From NCBI RefSeq assembly GCF_009914755.1, contig NC_060928.1: a stretch of 64,000 nucleotides of DNA; one strand, given 5' to 3'. Under the pieces are notes generated by a model. The model made no database searches. It was not told the origin of the DNA and saw only the letters and a program-made list of their open reading frames with translations. The position numbers and the translations under genes are program-made. Positions 1 through 10,962 of this stretch are shown here, piece by piece; within the stretch, counting starts at the first letter, position 1; the number at the start of each line of letters is the position of its first letter. The stretch is from the human T2T-CHM13v2.0 reference genome, Homo sapiens.

Positions 1-35
1 TATGCACTAGAGGAATTATTTAAAATGTGCATTTA

Positions 36-325
36 GGCCAGGCGCGGTGACTCACACCTGTAATCCTAGCACTCTGGGAGGCAGAGGTGGGCGGATCACG
101 AGGTCAGGAGATCTTGACCATCCTGGCTAACACGGTGAAACCCCGTTTCTACTAAAAAATACAAAAAAATTAGCCAGGTGTGGTGGCGGGCACCTGTAGT
201 CCCAGCTACTTGGGAGGCTGAGGCAGGAGAATGGCGGGAACCCAGAGGCGGAGCTTGCAGTGATGCCAGATCGTGCCACTGCACTCCAGCCTGGGTGACA
301 GAGCAAGTCTCCGTCTAAAAAAAAA
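36..325 (+). mobile_element. AluY SINE, full length, with 14-bp TSD
   Basis: Alu dimer with AluY-type diagnostics (GGATCACGAGGTCAGGAGATC, CTGGCTAACACGGTG, GCGGAGCTTGCAGTG) and A-tail. AAAATGTGCATTTA occurs at 22-35 and 326-339, preceded by TT (L1 endonuclease TT/AAAA site). Confidence 0.95.
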
Positions 326-971
326 AAAATGTGCATTTATAATAATGCTCAAAGATTTTTTTAGCAATGTTTTTTAAAAAATCATGAGGTTTCAATCAGG
401 ATATGCACATCACTCCAGTTACTTTAACAGAGAGAATTAAATATAAAAATTATTAACTATATATAATTTTGTAAACTAGATTGATACCTATCAAGGCAGA
501 AAGAGAATATAAAGTTTTCACAAAGGAAGAAACTGCAGGAAGCAGCTAACATCTTTAGGACTAAAGAGTACAAAATGGAAGAGATGGAACGTATTAATAT
601 CAACATATTAGGGTGGAGGCCCTGCATACCCAACATGTAGCTGAACCCTCTGAAGGAGGGCTTGGCTTGTTTCTAAACCTCTCAGGAGGAGGCATCAGTT
701 ATCTGGTGCTGGTGTCTTTGAAGGGACAGAATAAGGCTAGTTTTTTGGAGTTTGGGTAAAAGCAGATCTAACTACTGCGGTGGGAAGGAATTTCCATTGC
801 TGAGTACAAGATACTTGGTAAGATGATGCTGAAAGGAAGCTCAAGTAAGCAACAGAAAACTAATAGGAAAAAGCAAGTCTATTCTCCCTCCTCTAATTTG
901 TAGTTGCCTTATAACAACTCATATTAATTGAATCTAACTGAAGTCAGCTGGCAAAGAAAAATGTGCAGTTC

Positions 972-1215
972 AGCCGAGGCAGGTGGATCACCTGAGGTTG
1001 GGAGTTCAATACCAGCCTGACCAACATGGAGAAACTTCGTCTGTACTAAAGACACAAAATTAGCCAGGTGTGGTGGTGCATGCCTGTAATCCCAGCTACT
1101 ATGGAGGCTGAGGCAGGAGAATCACTTGAACCTGGGAGTCAGAAGTTGCGGTGAGCCGATATCACGTCATTGCACTCTAGCCTGGGCAAAAAGAGTGAAA
1201 CACCATCAAAAAAAA
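972..1215 (+). mobile_element. 5'-truncated AluS (AluSp-like)
   Basis: Starts at GCCGAGGCAGGTGGATCACC; CCAGCCTGACCAACATGGAGAAA is AluSp-type; right arm runs into an A-rich tail. Confidence 0.88.
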
Positions 1216-1396
1216 GAAAGAAAGAAAGATAAAGAAAAGAAAGAAAGAAGAAAGAGAGAGAGAGGGAGGGAGGGAAGAAGGAAGGGAGGAAGGAAGGAAG
1301 GAAGGAAGGAAGGAAGGAAGGAAGGAAGGAATGAAGGAAGGAAGGAAGGAAAGAGAGAGAAAGAAAAAGAAAGAAAAGAAAAGAAAAGAAGGAAAG
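1208..1396 (+). repeat. Compound polypurine microsatellite (GAAA/GA/GGGA/GGAA) grown from the Alu tail
   Basis: Nearly pure purine tract; (GGAA)11 at 1288-1331, then TGAA, then (GGAA)4 at 1336-1351. Confidence 0.95.
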
Positions 1397-1519
1397 TTCA
1401 GTCCCAGAATCACAAAGCCAAGCAAGGAATAGAATTATAGGTTTGGAGCACAGGTTTAATACCCTGATAATGCGCAGACTGGAAATAACCCAAAATATCC
1501 ACTATTTTGTAAAAGGCTT

Positions 1520-2109
1520 TGAGAAACAAACTCACCCATCCAAACCCAAAGAATGGATTCACAGACATGGAGGAAAGTAGAAGTAAGACTTTTAATGACA
1601 GTCTTGCAAGATAGGGTGTCTGATGTGAAGTCACATCCAGCACAATTACAACAAGCAATTTATCCCCTAGTTTACAGGTCCTTCCCCTAGTTCTTCATAG
1701 GCTGAGTACTGTGGGGTCACAATCTTCCCATACGTCACCTATTGGTTGTTAGGTAGGGGCTTTCGCGTGTCATCTTTAGGGTTGTCTCACTGCATTTTGT
1801 TGAAACCCACAATGCATTGCAATTATAATCAACTTAGGGGCTTTTCAAGTATTTTTGACTTATGACCTAGGTAGTCAGGCAAGCTGGTAAGAGGAGATAA
1901 AGTGAGCTATTTTGCAGGCTAGTAAAGTTTTATTTCAGGCTAAACTTTTTTGGTTTGGGTGAGGGCAACTAAGGGGGGCCCCCAATAAGCAGGTGCCAGC
2001 TATCAAAGCAGGGGCCTAGTATATCCTGTCATTTTGTAGTTTGCAGACTCAAGCTAATTCAAGGCACTTTGTCTTGGGAACAGACCATCATACACATTAT
2101 TTCCTTTAA
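1520..2109 (-). mobile_element. 3' LTR of the HERV-I-like provirus (LTR10 family)
   Basis: About 590 bp directly after the polypurine tract (minus-strand AAAAAGAAAAAGAGAAGGGAA, 2110-2130); ends ...GTTTGTTTCTCA on the minus strand. Subfamily not determined. Confidence 0.75.
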
Positions 2110-4000
2110 TTCCCTTCTCTTTTTCTTTTTACCCCAATAACAGTTGATACGTTACTGACATTTGTTTGCTCACGGCTGTTTTTATTCATTACTGTTAACC
2201 CTTTAACACAGGGGATATTGCAACACCCTACAGCTGTTAGAACTCCAGCCATTATTATAAGAGATGTTAGAATGGAAGTTACCATTCCTTTCCATTTCCC
2301 GAACCAACCCTCTAGCCAATTAGTAAATGGGTTATTGATTTCAGCATTTTCTGCCAATTTATTGGTTAGAGTTGTTAACCCTTGCAATGCTTTTGTGATT
2401 GTTCCATCTGGGGCAGTATTATTAGGAATGAAAATGCAACATTTTTACACCCAGCACAATGCATATGCTCCCTTTCTTTGCTAGGATTGTGTTTAACACA
2501 AGTTTGTTCTCCCAGGCCATTCAGCTGGTGGCATTTAAATGGCTAGCCACTCCTTTGAGAGTGTCTTGAGTATAGTTGATGAATCTTTCTTTATTATAAT
2601 AGAAGTAATTAATCCAATCCACATTTTTATTAATAGTGGAGCACCAGAAGAGTGCTGACTTAAACCTTGCAGCTATTTGGTTTTGGCCCTTAAATTTATT
2701 AGGTACTCCTCTAGGGTCTCCTATTGAGTTAATATAAATGTTGGGATTCAAATAATTTATTAAATCTCTCCAACTTCGGTGGCCATGTGAATTCTCAGAG
2801 ATCTTATGGAATGCCAGGGTGAATGGAATGGCCAACTAAACTAAGGCACAAATCCTGGTCCAATTGGATGGTAACAGGTCACAGAGGTTTCTCTTCCCAC
2901 AATACCACCAGATATCAGCCTGGGGTATATGAAGAGCCAAGAAATTACCTTGTTTTACTCACCAGTCATGTTTAGGATGTGGGTACAAGTTGAGAGTTCT
3001 CCCATGGGCTTATAGAACTATGTCCCCTGCCTAGAGAGGCAAGAGGAGTGATTCATATTCCCTATGGAGAATGAGAAGATTGCTTTAGGGTCTGATCTTT
3101 GCAAGGTGGGAAAGAGCAATGATAGACTTTTGCAAGTCTTATTTCCCCATGCATTCCTGTCCTGGTATAGAGCCAACATACAACACATTCTTTTCGAATT
3201 GGTATTCCATCCTAGGGGAAATGGAACCACCTGTGCCTGAGGCCTCTCAGCAGAGCATGCATAACAGTCGCTTTTGTTGAGGGCTAGTACCAAAAATTTG
3301 ACCCATTGAACCCAACATTTACATCCCCATATCTGGTCTCAATTTTTAAAGTTTGTCTGAGATCAGTTATCTTAATTAATTTTACTCTCTCAGGGTTATT
3401 GCCTGGTGAGTTGAAGGAAGTCATGGGACTAGGAGTTATAGTAACCCTGGGTGAGCTCAAGTTTGAGTTGGTGAATAGCCTGAGAGCTAACCATTCCATG
3501 AGATCCCTTCCTGAGATATCTATTCCTAATCCATACCTCCAAGGTTCCTGGTCTAAAGTAGCTAGTTTATTGTGATTGATATAGGATTCCATTCTAAATT
3601 TTCACAGTTGTGTGGCATGGGGGCCCTTATATATATGTATTTTATCCCTTAAAGTTCTGTTTTTGGAAGAATGACTCACCCAACCTTGAAATTGAGTGGT
3701 CCACCAGACCTCATTCCAGCTAGCACAGGGCTTTCCCCAATAGCAGCCCATTTCAGAACATAAATATTTGTCTGCTTATGACAACTGCCTTTGGTTTTTT
3801 AAAATTTCCACAAGGTGACTTGGCAGGCATCAAACTTTAGGGTCTCAGGGGTGGAGGCCCTAGTTATGTTGATTATCAGCTTGATTAGGTATTCCCTACT
3901 TTCCACCACTAGGCCCCAACCAATACTCGGGCTTTCTTTCACACCTTGTATTAGGATTAATCCTAATCATATCCACCCCCAGTGAAGGGGCTCTCTCATA
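2106..4000 (-). pseudogene. env: Disrupted env of the HERV-I-like provirus
   Basis: Fragments DCYAC...QVVPFPLGW (3018-3293), GDPRGVPNKFK...INKNVDWINY (2521-2835) and a TM anchor WLEGWFGKWK...GCC (2106-2387); several stops and frameshifts. Confidence 0.88.
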
Positions 4001-4019
4001 GTTCCCTTCTAGGTTTTTC

Positions 4020-7000
4020 TCAGAGTTAACTTTAAGGGTTCCTTAAGTGATTTATACATTTCCTATTAGCCCCTTTTACTTTTTTCTAGGATTTCTTTTA
4101 CCAGTTTCTTGACCCGAGTATAATGAGTACACCCTCATTCAGCTCTTTGCACTCCTGTCTTCGTGGTCAGGAGCACTTGTTAGGGACCTTCCCAGTTTGG
4201 GTGGAGCTTGTTTTCCTTCCAAGTCTTAATTAGCACCAAGTTGCCAGGCTGGAAGTAGTGGACTGTGAACTCAAGAGGCAGAGTTTGAGTCAGAAGTCCT
4301 TTTAACTTAAGGGATGACAGGGTAGAGGATATGGCCAGTATATAGTTTCTTAATAATTGGTCTTTAGTTTCCATAGTAGGAAGGTCAGTAGCCCTGCCTA
4401 AATACGGGAGTCCATATATTAACTCATAGAGGGACAATCCCAGGTATTTCCTTGAGGTTGTCCTAATCCTAAGGAGTGCTATTTGGAGACATTTTGTCCA
4501 AGGCATTTTAGTTTTAAGATGAGTTTGCTAATATGCCCTTTGAGAGTTTGATTCATTCTCTCTAGCTTTCCAGAGGAAGGGGGATGCCAAGGGGTGTGGT
4601 AATCTTATCTGATGTGTAAAACTTCCATAATTCCCCTTAGCATCCTCGAGTTTAACTGGCTTCCATTGTTTGAATCGGTATTTTTCACCAAGCCAAATCT
4701 GGGTATAATTTGTCTTAAAATGATTTTGATGACATTCTTGGAGGTTGCAGTTGGGAGAGGGAAGGTGTTCACCCAGCCAGAGAGGTGGTCTACTATTACT
4801 AGTGGATACTTTAGTCTCCCTTTTATTGGCATTTCTGTAAAATTTACTTCCATGTTTTGAAATGGTCTTAACCCGGGAGGTTTTCCTTCAGTAGTCTGTG
4901 CTCTAACTACTGTTTTGTTTATTCTTTGGCAGATCACACAAACTCCACATACTTTTTTAACAAGGATATAAATCCCTATATACCCATAATTCTTCAATAT
5001 TGCATGACACATATGCTGGGGACCCCAGTGACTTCCTTTGTGCAGCATGAACATTAGTTCTCTCATTATGGGTTTACTTATCATTTTTCTCCCATCAGGG
5101 AGCACCCATCTTCCATCTTCAGTTTGAGCGGCCCCTATCTTGCCCAGTTCCTCTTTCCCCTGTTTGGAAAATTGGGGCTTAATACTACCTTAGAGATATC
5201 TGGAATTAGGCTAAATAGTCTAACTTTTTCCTCCAGGGAAGCTTGCTTAGCAGCTACATCCATAAGCCTATTGACTACAACCTCCATAGTGTTCCCTTTT
5301 TGATGGCCATTTATATGAACTGTGTTACCTCTGCTGGAAGCAAGAGGCTACTGAAAACTTGTGTGACCCATTCCCCTGTAACAATTATTTTCCCCTACTA
5401 TTTATTAGGCCCTACTCTGTCCAGATCTTTCCAAAGGTTTGTATCACTCCATGGGCATATTTGGGATTAGTATACATAATGCTGTCTTGGCCTTGTAGGA
5501 GCTTTAGGGACTGGTTAAGAGCATATAATTTACAGGTTTGGGCTCACCAGCCATTAGATAAGCTACCTTTCTTACATAAGGATTGTTTTTTATTTTTGTT
5601 TGTTTGTTTTTTTGTTTGTTTGTTTTCCATTAATGACAACATAGCCATTGTCTCTTGCCATTTATCACTCAGGACGACTCATCCACAAGCAGCCTTATCT
5701 CATCATGTAATGGAGCTTCTTTAAGGTCTGGTCTAACTTTGGTTTGATATTCTATGATATCTAAACAGTTATGGTTTGATGCCTCTTTATTCTTCTCTCT
5801 TTTCCATAAGAAACTGGCTGGATTCAAGCAAGTATCTGTTGTTAAGACCAAATCATCTTTTCTAGTAATATGGCTTCATATTTTAGAATCTGGGAATCAG
5901 TAAACTATCTCCCAGCTTTTTTGATTTAATATACTCCTAACCTGATGCGGGGTGCTCACTAACAGGGCCCCATCCAAGGTCAGATTTCGACTCTCCTCTA
6001 CCAGCAGGGCCTTGGCAGCTACTGCTGGCACACATTTGGGCCACCCTTTAGAGACAGGATCAAGAAGCTTGGAGATAAAAGCAACAGGTTGCCTCTTCTG
6101 ACCCCAGGTTTGAGTGAACACCCCAAGGGCCACACCCTGGTCTACTGTTACAAACATATGAAACATTTTTTCTAAAGATGGGAGAGCCAGGACTGGGGTT
6201 GGGATGAGGGCTTGCTTTAAATCCTCCATTGCCTTAATGGGGTCCCCTATGGGGACCATTAAGTTACTAGAAGGGTAACCCCATTAAGTTACTAGAAGGG
6301 TCAGGTTCCCCTTCTAGTAACTTAAAATACAGAATCTTTTTCTTTAGAGCCTATGAGTTAATCCATAACCTACAGTAATGAGTTAAACCTGAAATTTTTT
6401 CAGAGTTCTCTCTTTGTCTTAGGCAAGGGCAGACCCACTATTCCAATATTCTTTCTGAGTTTATTCTCCACTTTCTGTCACCAATTAGATGTCCTAAATA
6501 TTTAACTTCTTTTTCTACAAATTGCAATTTGTTTTTGGAGGCTCACAATCCCCTTTCCCTTAGGAAACTAAGCAAGCTTATGGTAGCTGCTGATACCACG
6601 GCCCTTCTTTCCCCCGAAATTAGAAGATTATCCACATATTGTAACAACTGGGTTTCTCTTGAAGGTTGGAATTCCTCCAGGACGTTTTCTAAGACTTGAC
6701 CAAATAAGTCTGGGGCTTCCATGAAACCTTGTGGCAGCACAGTCCATTGGTACTGTGGCTTTCTCCCAGTTATGAGATTTTCCTATTCAAAGGCAAAGAG
6801 TGTCCTAATCTTAGAGTCTAGGGGACGCCCAGAATGCATCTTTTGGATCCATTACACTGAACCACTTATGTTCATAGGATATTTTACTAAGGAGGCCATA
6901 GGGGTCAGGCACCACAGGATGGTGAGTTTGGACACTTTGATTTATATCCCTTAGATTTTGCACTAATCTATGTGACCCATCTGGTTTCTTGACCGGGAGA

Positions 7001-7596
7001 ATTGGAGTGTTGTATGGTGACATGCAGGGTTCCAATAGTCCATCTTTAATTAATTTCTCTATTACTGGTTGAAGAACTTTCCTCCCATTAATGAATATGG
7101 GATATTCTTTTCTGAAAACTATTTTTCGTGGTTGTTTTAGTTCAATTTGTAAGGGTGTGATTTTTAATCCTCCCCTGTTGCCTTCCTTAACCCACACGAG
7201 GGGATTAATTTTACTTTTTCCCTCCTCTGTTAGGAGGCCTTATCATTACTTTTATTTGCCCCTCCTCTACTCCTAATCCTAAACCTAATCTAATAATCAG
7301 GTCTCAACCAAGGAAGCTAGTTTCTGCGTCGGGGACATATAGGAGTGACCACTTAATTTGTTCTGATCCCAGCCTAATTAACACTTTCTTAAATATTGGA
7401 AACTAAAATCCCTCCCCCTTCACCCCGATACTGTTAACTTTTCCCTAGAATGTTCTGTGCCCCTTGGTTGGTACATTAGGGAGGAGCAAGCCACTCCAGT
7501 GTCTATCAAAAATTTTATTTTTTCCCCTTCTGGTTCCACCCTCAAGTTTATCAAGGGTTCCTGGTGGGACCTGCTCAGAAAGAACCACTGATACCC
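4020..7596 (-). pseudogene. pol: Disrupted pro-pol of the HERV-I-like provirus
   Basis: Protease FLIDTGVACS (~7485-7515); RT SPYNTPILPVKKPDG and LPQGF...YVDN; RNase H; integrase HKGSH...C..C, VIVDHLSGW, DSNNG and WEGP; many frameshifts. Confidence 0.92.
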
Positions 7597-9153
7597 CTAT
7601 TCTCCATCAAAATTCATAAAGGGGATCACATTCTCTTCCTTTTTCCATTCCAGACATTCTCTCTTAAAATGTCCTGGTTTTCCAAATTTGTAACATCCAC
7701 TTGCAGTCTTTGGAGTTGTTCCCTTTATTTCCCTCCTGTCTCTTTTCTGAGACCTAGTATTCTCTCATCTTCTCCAAGAGGGGTCTTGATTTAAACTATT
7801 TCTAACTACTTCCTCTACAGTGGAAACCATGATCTTTGCCTTTTGTTTCTGTCTATCTTCCTCTCTTCTTAATAAAAACCTTCTGAAATTCCCTCAGTAA
7901 TTCCTCAATTGGTTTCTCATTCCGTCTATCAATCTTTTGTAGTTTCTTAGTAATATCAGGCCAGCTTTTAGTTACAAAATTAACATTTAAAAGATCTTGC
8001 CCTACTGGGTCCTTTGTATCTAATCTTGAACATTTTCTTATTTGATCCCTGAGCCTCTGCAGAAACTCAGAGGGAGTCTCTTCTTTTTCTTGCTGAATCT
8101 CAAATGCTTTCAAGACATTTCGTGTCCTAGAAGTGGACTCTTGAATCCTCCTAATTATTACTTCCCTAAAATCTTGCATTTGGGCCCAATTCCTGGGGTC
8201 ATTATTATTACATTTGGGATATACAGTTGGGAATTTCTGCCCAGATGGCAGGACTCATTGCCTGGGAGGATGCTCTCTCTCCCAAATGATCATGGCTGCC
8301 CTTCTAATCATTCCCCTCTCTTCCCCAGTAAACAGAATATTCATGATTGACATTATTTCAGCCCAACTATAAAGATTACATCCTAAAAATTGATCTAGCT
8401 GTTCTGCTAAACCAAGCGGATCTTTTAGAAGTGGCCTCATTTCCTTTTTAAGATTTCTAACCTCAGTACTTGTTAAAGGCACACTCACAAATGCAACTCC
8501 TACCTGTCCCATAGGGACTTCTCTGAGAGGGAACCTGTTAGACAGACATCTGCTGTTTGGAGGGAACACATAAATTCTTAATGTCCTTCTTACATTGTTC
8601 TAATTCTTTCCTCAAGTTCAGATAATGATTTAAGGGAACACTGGGTTTAATTCCCTTAAGGGCCAGATTTCTCTTCCTCTGGCCTTCCTTTTGCCCCCTG
8701 ATCTTCCTGTTCTTTATTTTGGGAGACATATGTCGGGGGAAAGCATGTTAGGGTATCCCAGGGATTTTCAATGGGTGAGCGCTCTTTACTACGCTCTTTT
8801 TCTCCTTCTTTAAGGGGGAACATGGGGACGAATTACCTGATTCAACAAAGAGCATAACCCATCTCTTCTTGTGAGGATGGAGTTTTATCATTTACATAGA
8901 GAATTAAAACTTGGCACATTCTATCCTCCTGAGCCAAACATAGGCCAAAAGACCAAAGACTTATGAATGGGATCTTTGGGCCAGGTAAAACAGCAAAACT
9001 TTATCATCTCTTGTTTTTCTTTGTCGGTGGTTTAAGGGCTGTCCCTCCAAACCTTCAGAATTCTCCCCAACAGACTATACAGGTGAATATCAAAGGGGTC
9101 TCTTTAGTTCCCTCTTTCCTTTGTTCCCTAGGCCTAGAATTCTTGTTTCCCAT
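7597..9153 (-). pseudogene. gag: Disrupted gag of the HERV-I-like provirus
   Basis: ATG at 9153 reads MGNKNSRP (myristoylation-type Gly2); major homology region QQEKEETPSEFLQRL; damaged zinc knuckle GCYKFGKPGHFKREC; TAG at 7597-7599 followed by GGG, as at gamma-like readthrough junctions. Confidence 0.88.
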
Positions 9154-10962
9154 TTTTGGTTAGTCTCTGTGTTTGAGCTTTTCCCCGTGTACATTTACAT
9201 TTATATAAAATTAAAAATATGCAAAATTGAACAAGGCATGCTTTAAAACATATAAATAGATGCTGTATGAAAAGAATATTAGGAATTCTTTACCAACTTT
9301 AGGATAGGTTTTAACTCTGGGGATAGTAATCAAAGAAGTACATAGTGAACGAGCTGGTTAATGATATTGTTCCCCCACAGGAGAGAAAGATGGAGAATTT
9401 GAACAGGGGAGGACAGAATGGTGGATAAGGCCAACAGTATACCCAAACTGCATCAAATTCAAGTTTCCCATGCTCACCAGATTTTTTCCTATGCCCAACA
9501 ATGCACACTGGGGTAATTTTTGTTCCTATTACAAACATAAATATTAAAAATACAAGTATCACTCTGTAATTAAGGGATAATAACACAGAAACATGAGAAA
9601 AATTGATCACTCAAGTCAATAAAGGAAAAAGGGAAAGATAAACAGGCTTATGGAACATTGTGAAAAATTAAATCTAGAACTCACCAATTTGTTTCAGTTT
9701 ACTCATGGCATACTACATAAAACTGGGGGATAGTTTAATACTTTGGAAAGAAATATTCAGGAGACTGGCTTTGAAAAAAAAAGATTTTTTTTTAAACCTG
9801 CTTCATAATCAATGAAAGAATTATATGCACTAAAGTCAATATGCTAATATTATGCTCATAATTTATAATTCAAAAGTATACTGATCTTAAAATTTTCAAC
9901 TATTAAATAGTTAATTGATTGGTTTAGATTATAGGTATTTCAAATTAAACACTTAAGCTCTGAATTTTTATTACAATTATTAACAGATACTTCTTTTATG
10001 AATTTGAATATTATTTGAATATATGAATACATTTTACATGTATTTCTATTTTATACATATAATCCATAGGTTTAAAAATTTAAATTTTGAAATTAAGTCC
10101 CAGTTTCATGTAACATGACAGAGAAAAATTACATTTTGTAAAAGAGAATTAAATTTAACAATATTAAGAGGATGGCTTTTAACTTGTAAAGTACCAGCAA
10201 TGGCTCATCAAAAGAATTTCTGCCAGTTTCTGGAATGCATATTTGATTAACAGTGCCATAGTACTGGGGGTTATGCCTGTATTTTTAGGACACAAAGACT
10301 TACTTATTAATGCACCATTCACAATGACTGTATCAAAATATATGTGACCATTTATGCTCTCTTTTTATTCTGAAGAGTCTTACAAAATAAACCTGTTGTC
10401 TCTATGTTTTCATTTAACCCCTGGTTATTGGATGTGTCTTGAAATCAGCTAAAGAAGAGTCAATAAATGCTCTTAATCAGCCCTTTGGTGGCTTATCTAT
10501 TAAATTAATTTGCATCTTTATCTACTCATCTTTGAAGTCCTGTTGAATCAAATGGACTTATTAAAAAAAAATGAGGGATTTCAACATTCAAATCATAAGG
10601 GTTTTTCTCATTAACTTAACAGAATGCTTGAAAAACAAATTTAAATTAATTTTGCAAAGAACTCTTTCTTTGATTCTATTATTAGAAATAAAAACACTTT
10701 TAAGGATACTTTTTGGAATCAAATTTTTATAAGTGAGGGACACTAGGAATGTAATTATAATTAGTATGGTTCTTGTGAGTCACTTTATTTTCTCTTAAAA
10801 GAGTTATATTTTGAAGAAACAAGTGTTAAAGTAATAATAGGGAAGGAGATGCATTGAACACCATGAAAAGATAGCAAAAGGAGAGGATAGCAATGAAGAT
10901 TCAAACTCACCTGTGTTTCTGCTCTTAATTTGATGCTGTTTTTTTCTCTTTAATTTATCTCC

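Larger units (their letters stand above)
390..1477 (-). mobile_element. Ancient eutherian LTR remnant (LTR78/LTR79-like), split by an Alu and a purine microsatellite
   Basis: Segments CAGCTGGCAAAGAAAAATGTG (~945) and CCCAGAATCACAAAGC...GGTTTGGAGC (~1403-1449) resemble a recalled old LTR consensus. Family and boundaries uncertain. Confidence 0.4.
1520..9192 (-). mobile_element. HERV-I/HERVIP10-like class I endogenous retrovirus, defective, 5' LTR missing
   Basis: Minus-strand ORF fragments in order gag, pro (FLIDTG), RT (LPQGF...QYVDNLL), RNase H, integrase, env, followed by a polypurine tract and one LTR. Confidence 0.92.

Noticed and set aside
1126-1440. 104-aa Lys/Arg/Glu-rich ORF and its antisense Phe/Ser/Leu-rich ORF
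   Set aside because: Translation of the Alu tail and purine microsatellite; a low-complexity artefact.
1520-2109. p53 response element, reported for some LTR10 subfamilies
   Set aside because: I found no convincing pair of RRRCWWGYYY half-sites in this copy.
2106-4000. Possible domesticated (syncytin-like) env
   Set aside because: Broken into several short frames by stops and frameshifts; the HML-5 env at 45489-47420 is broken in the same way.
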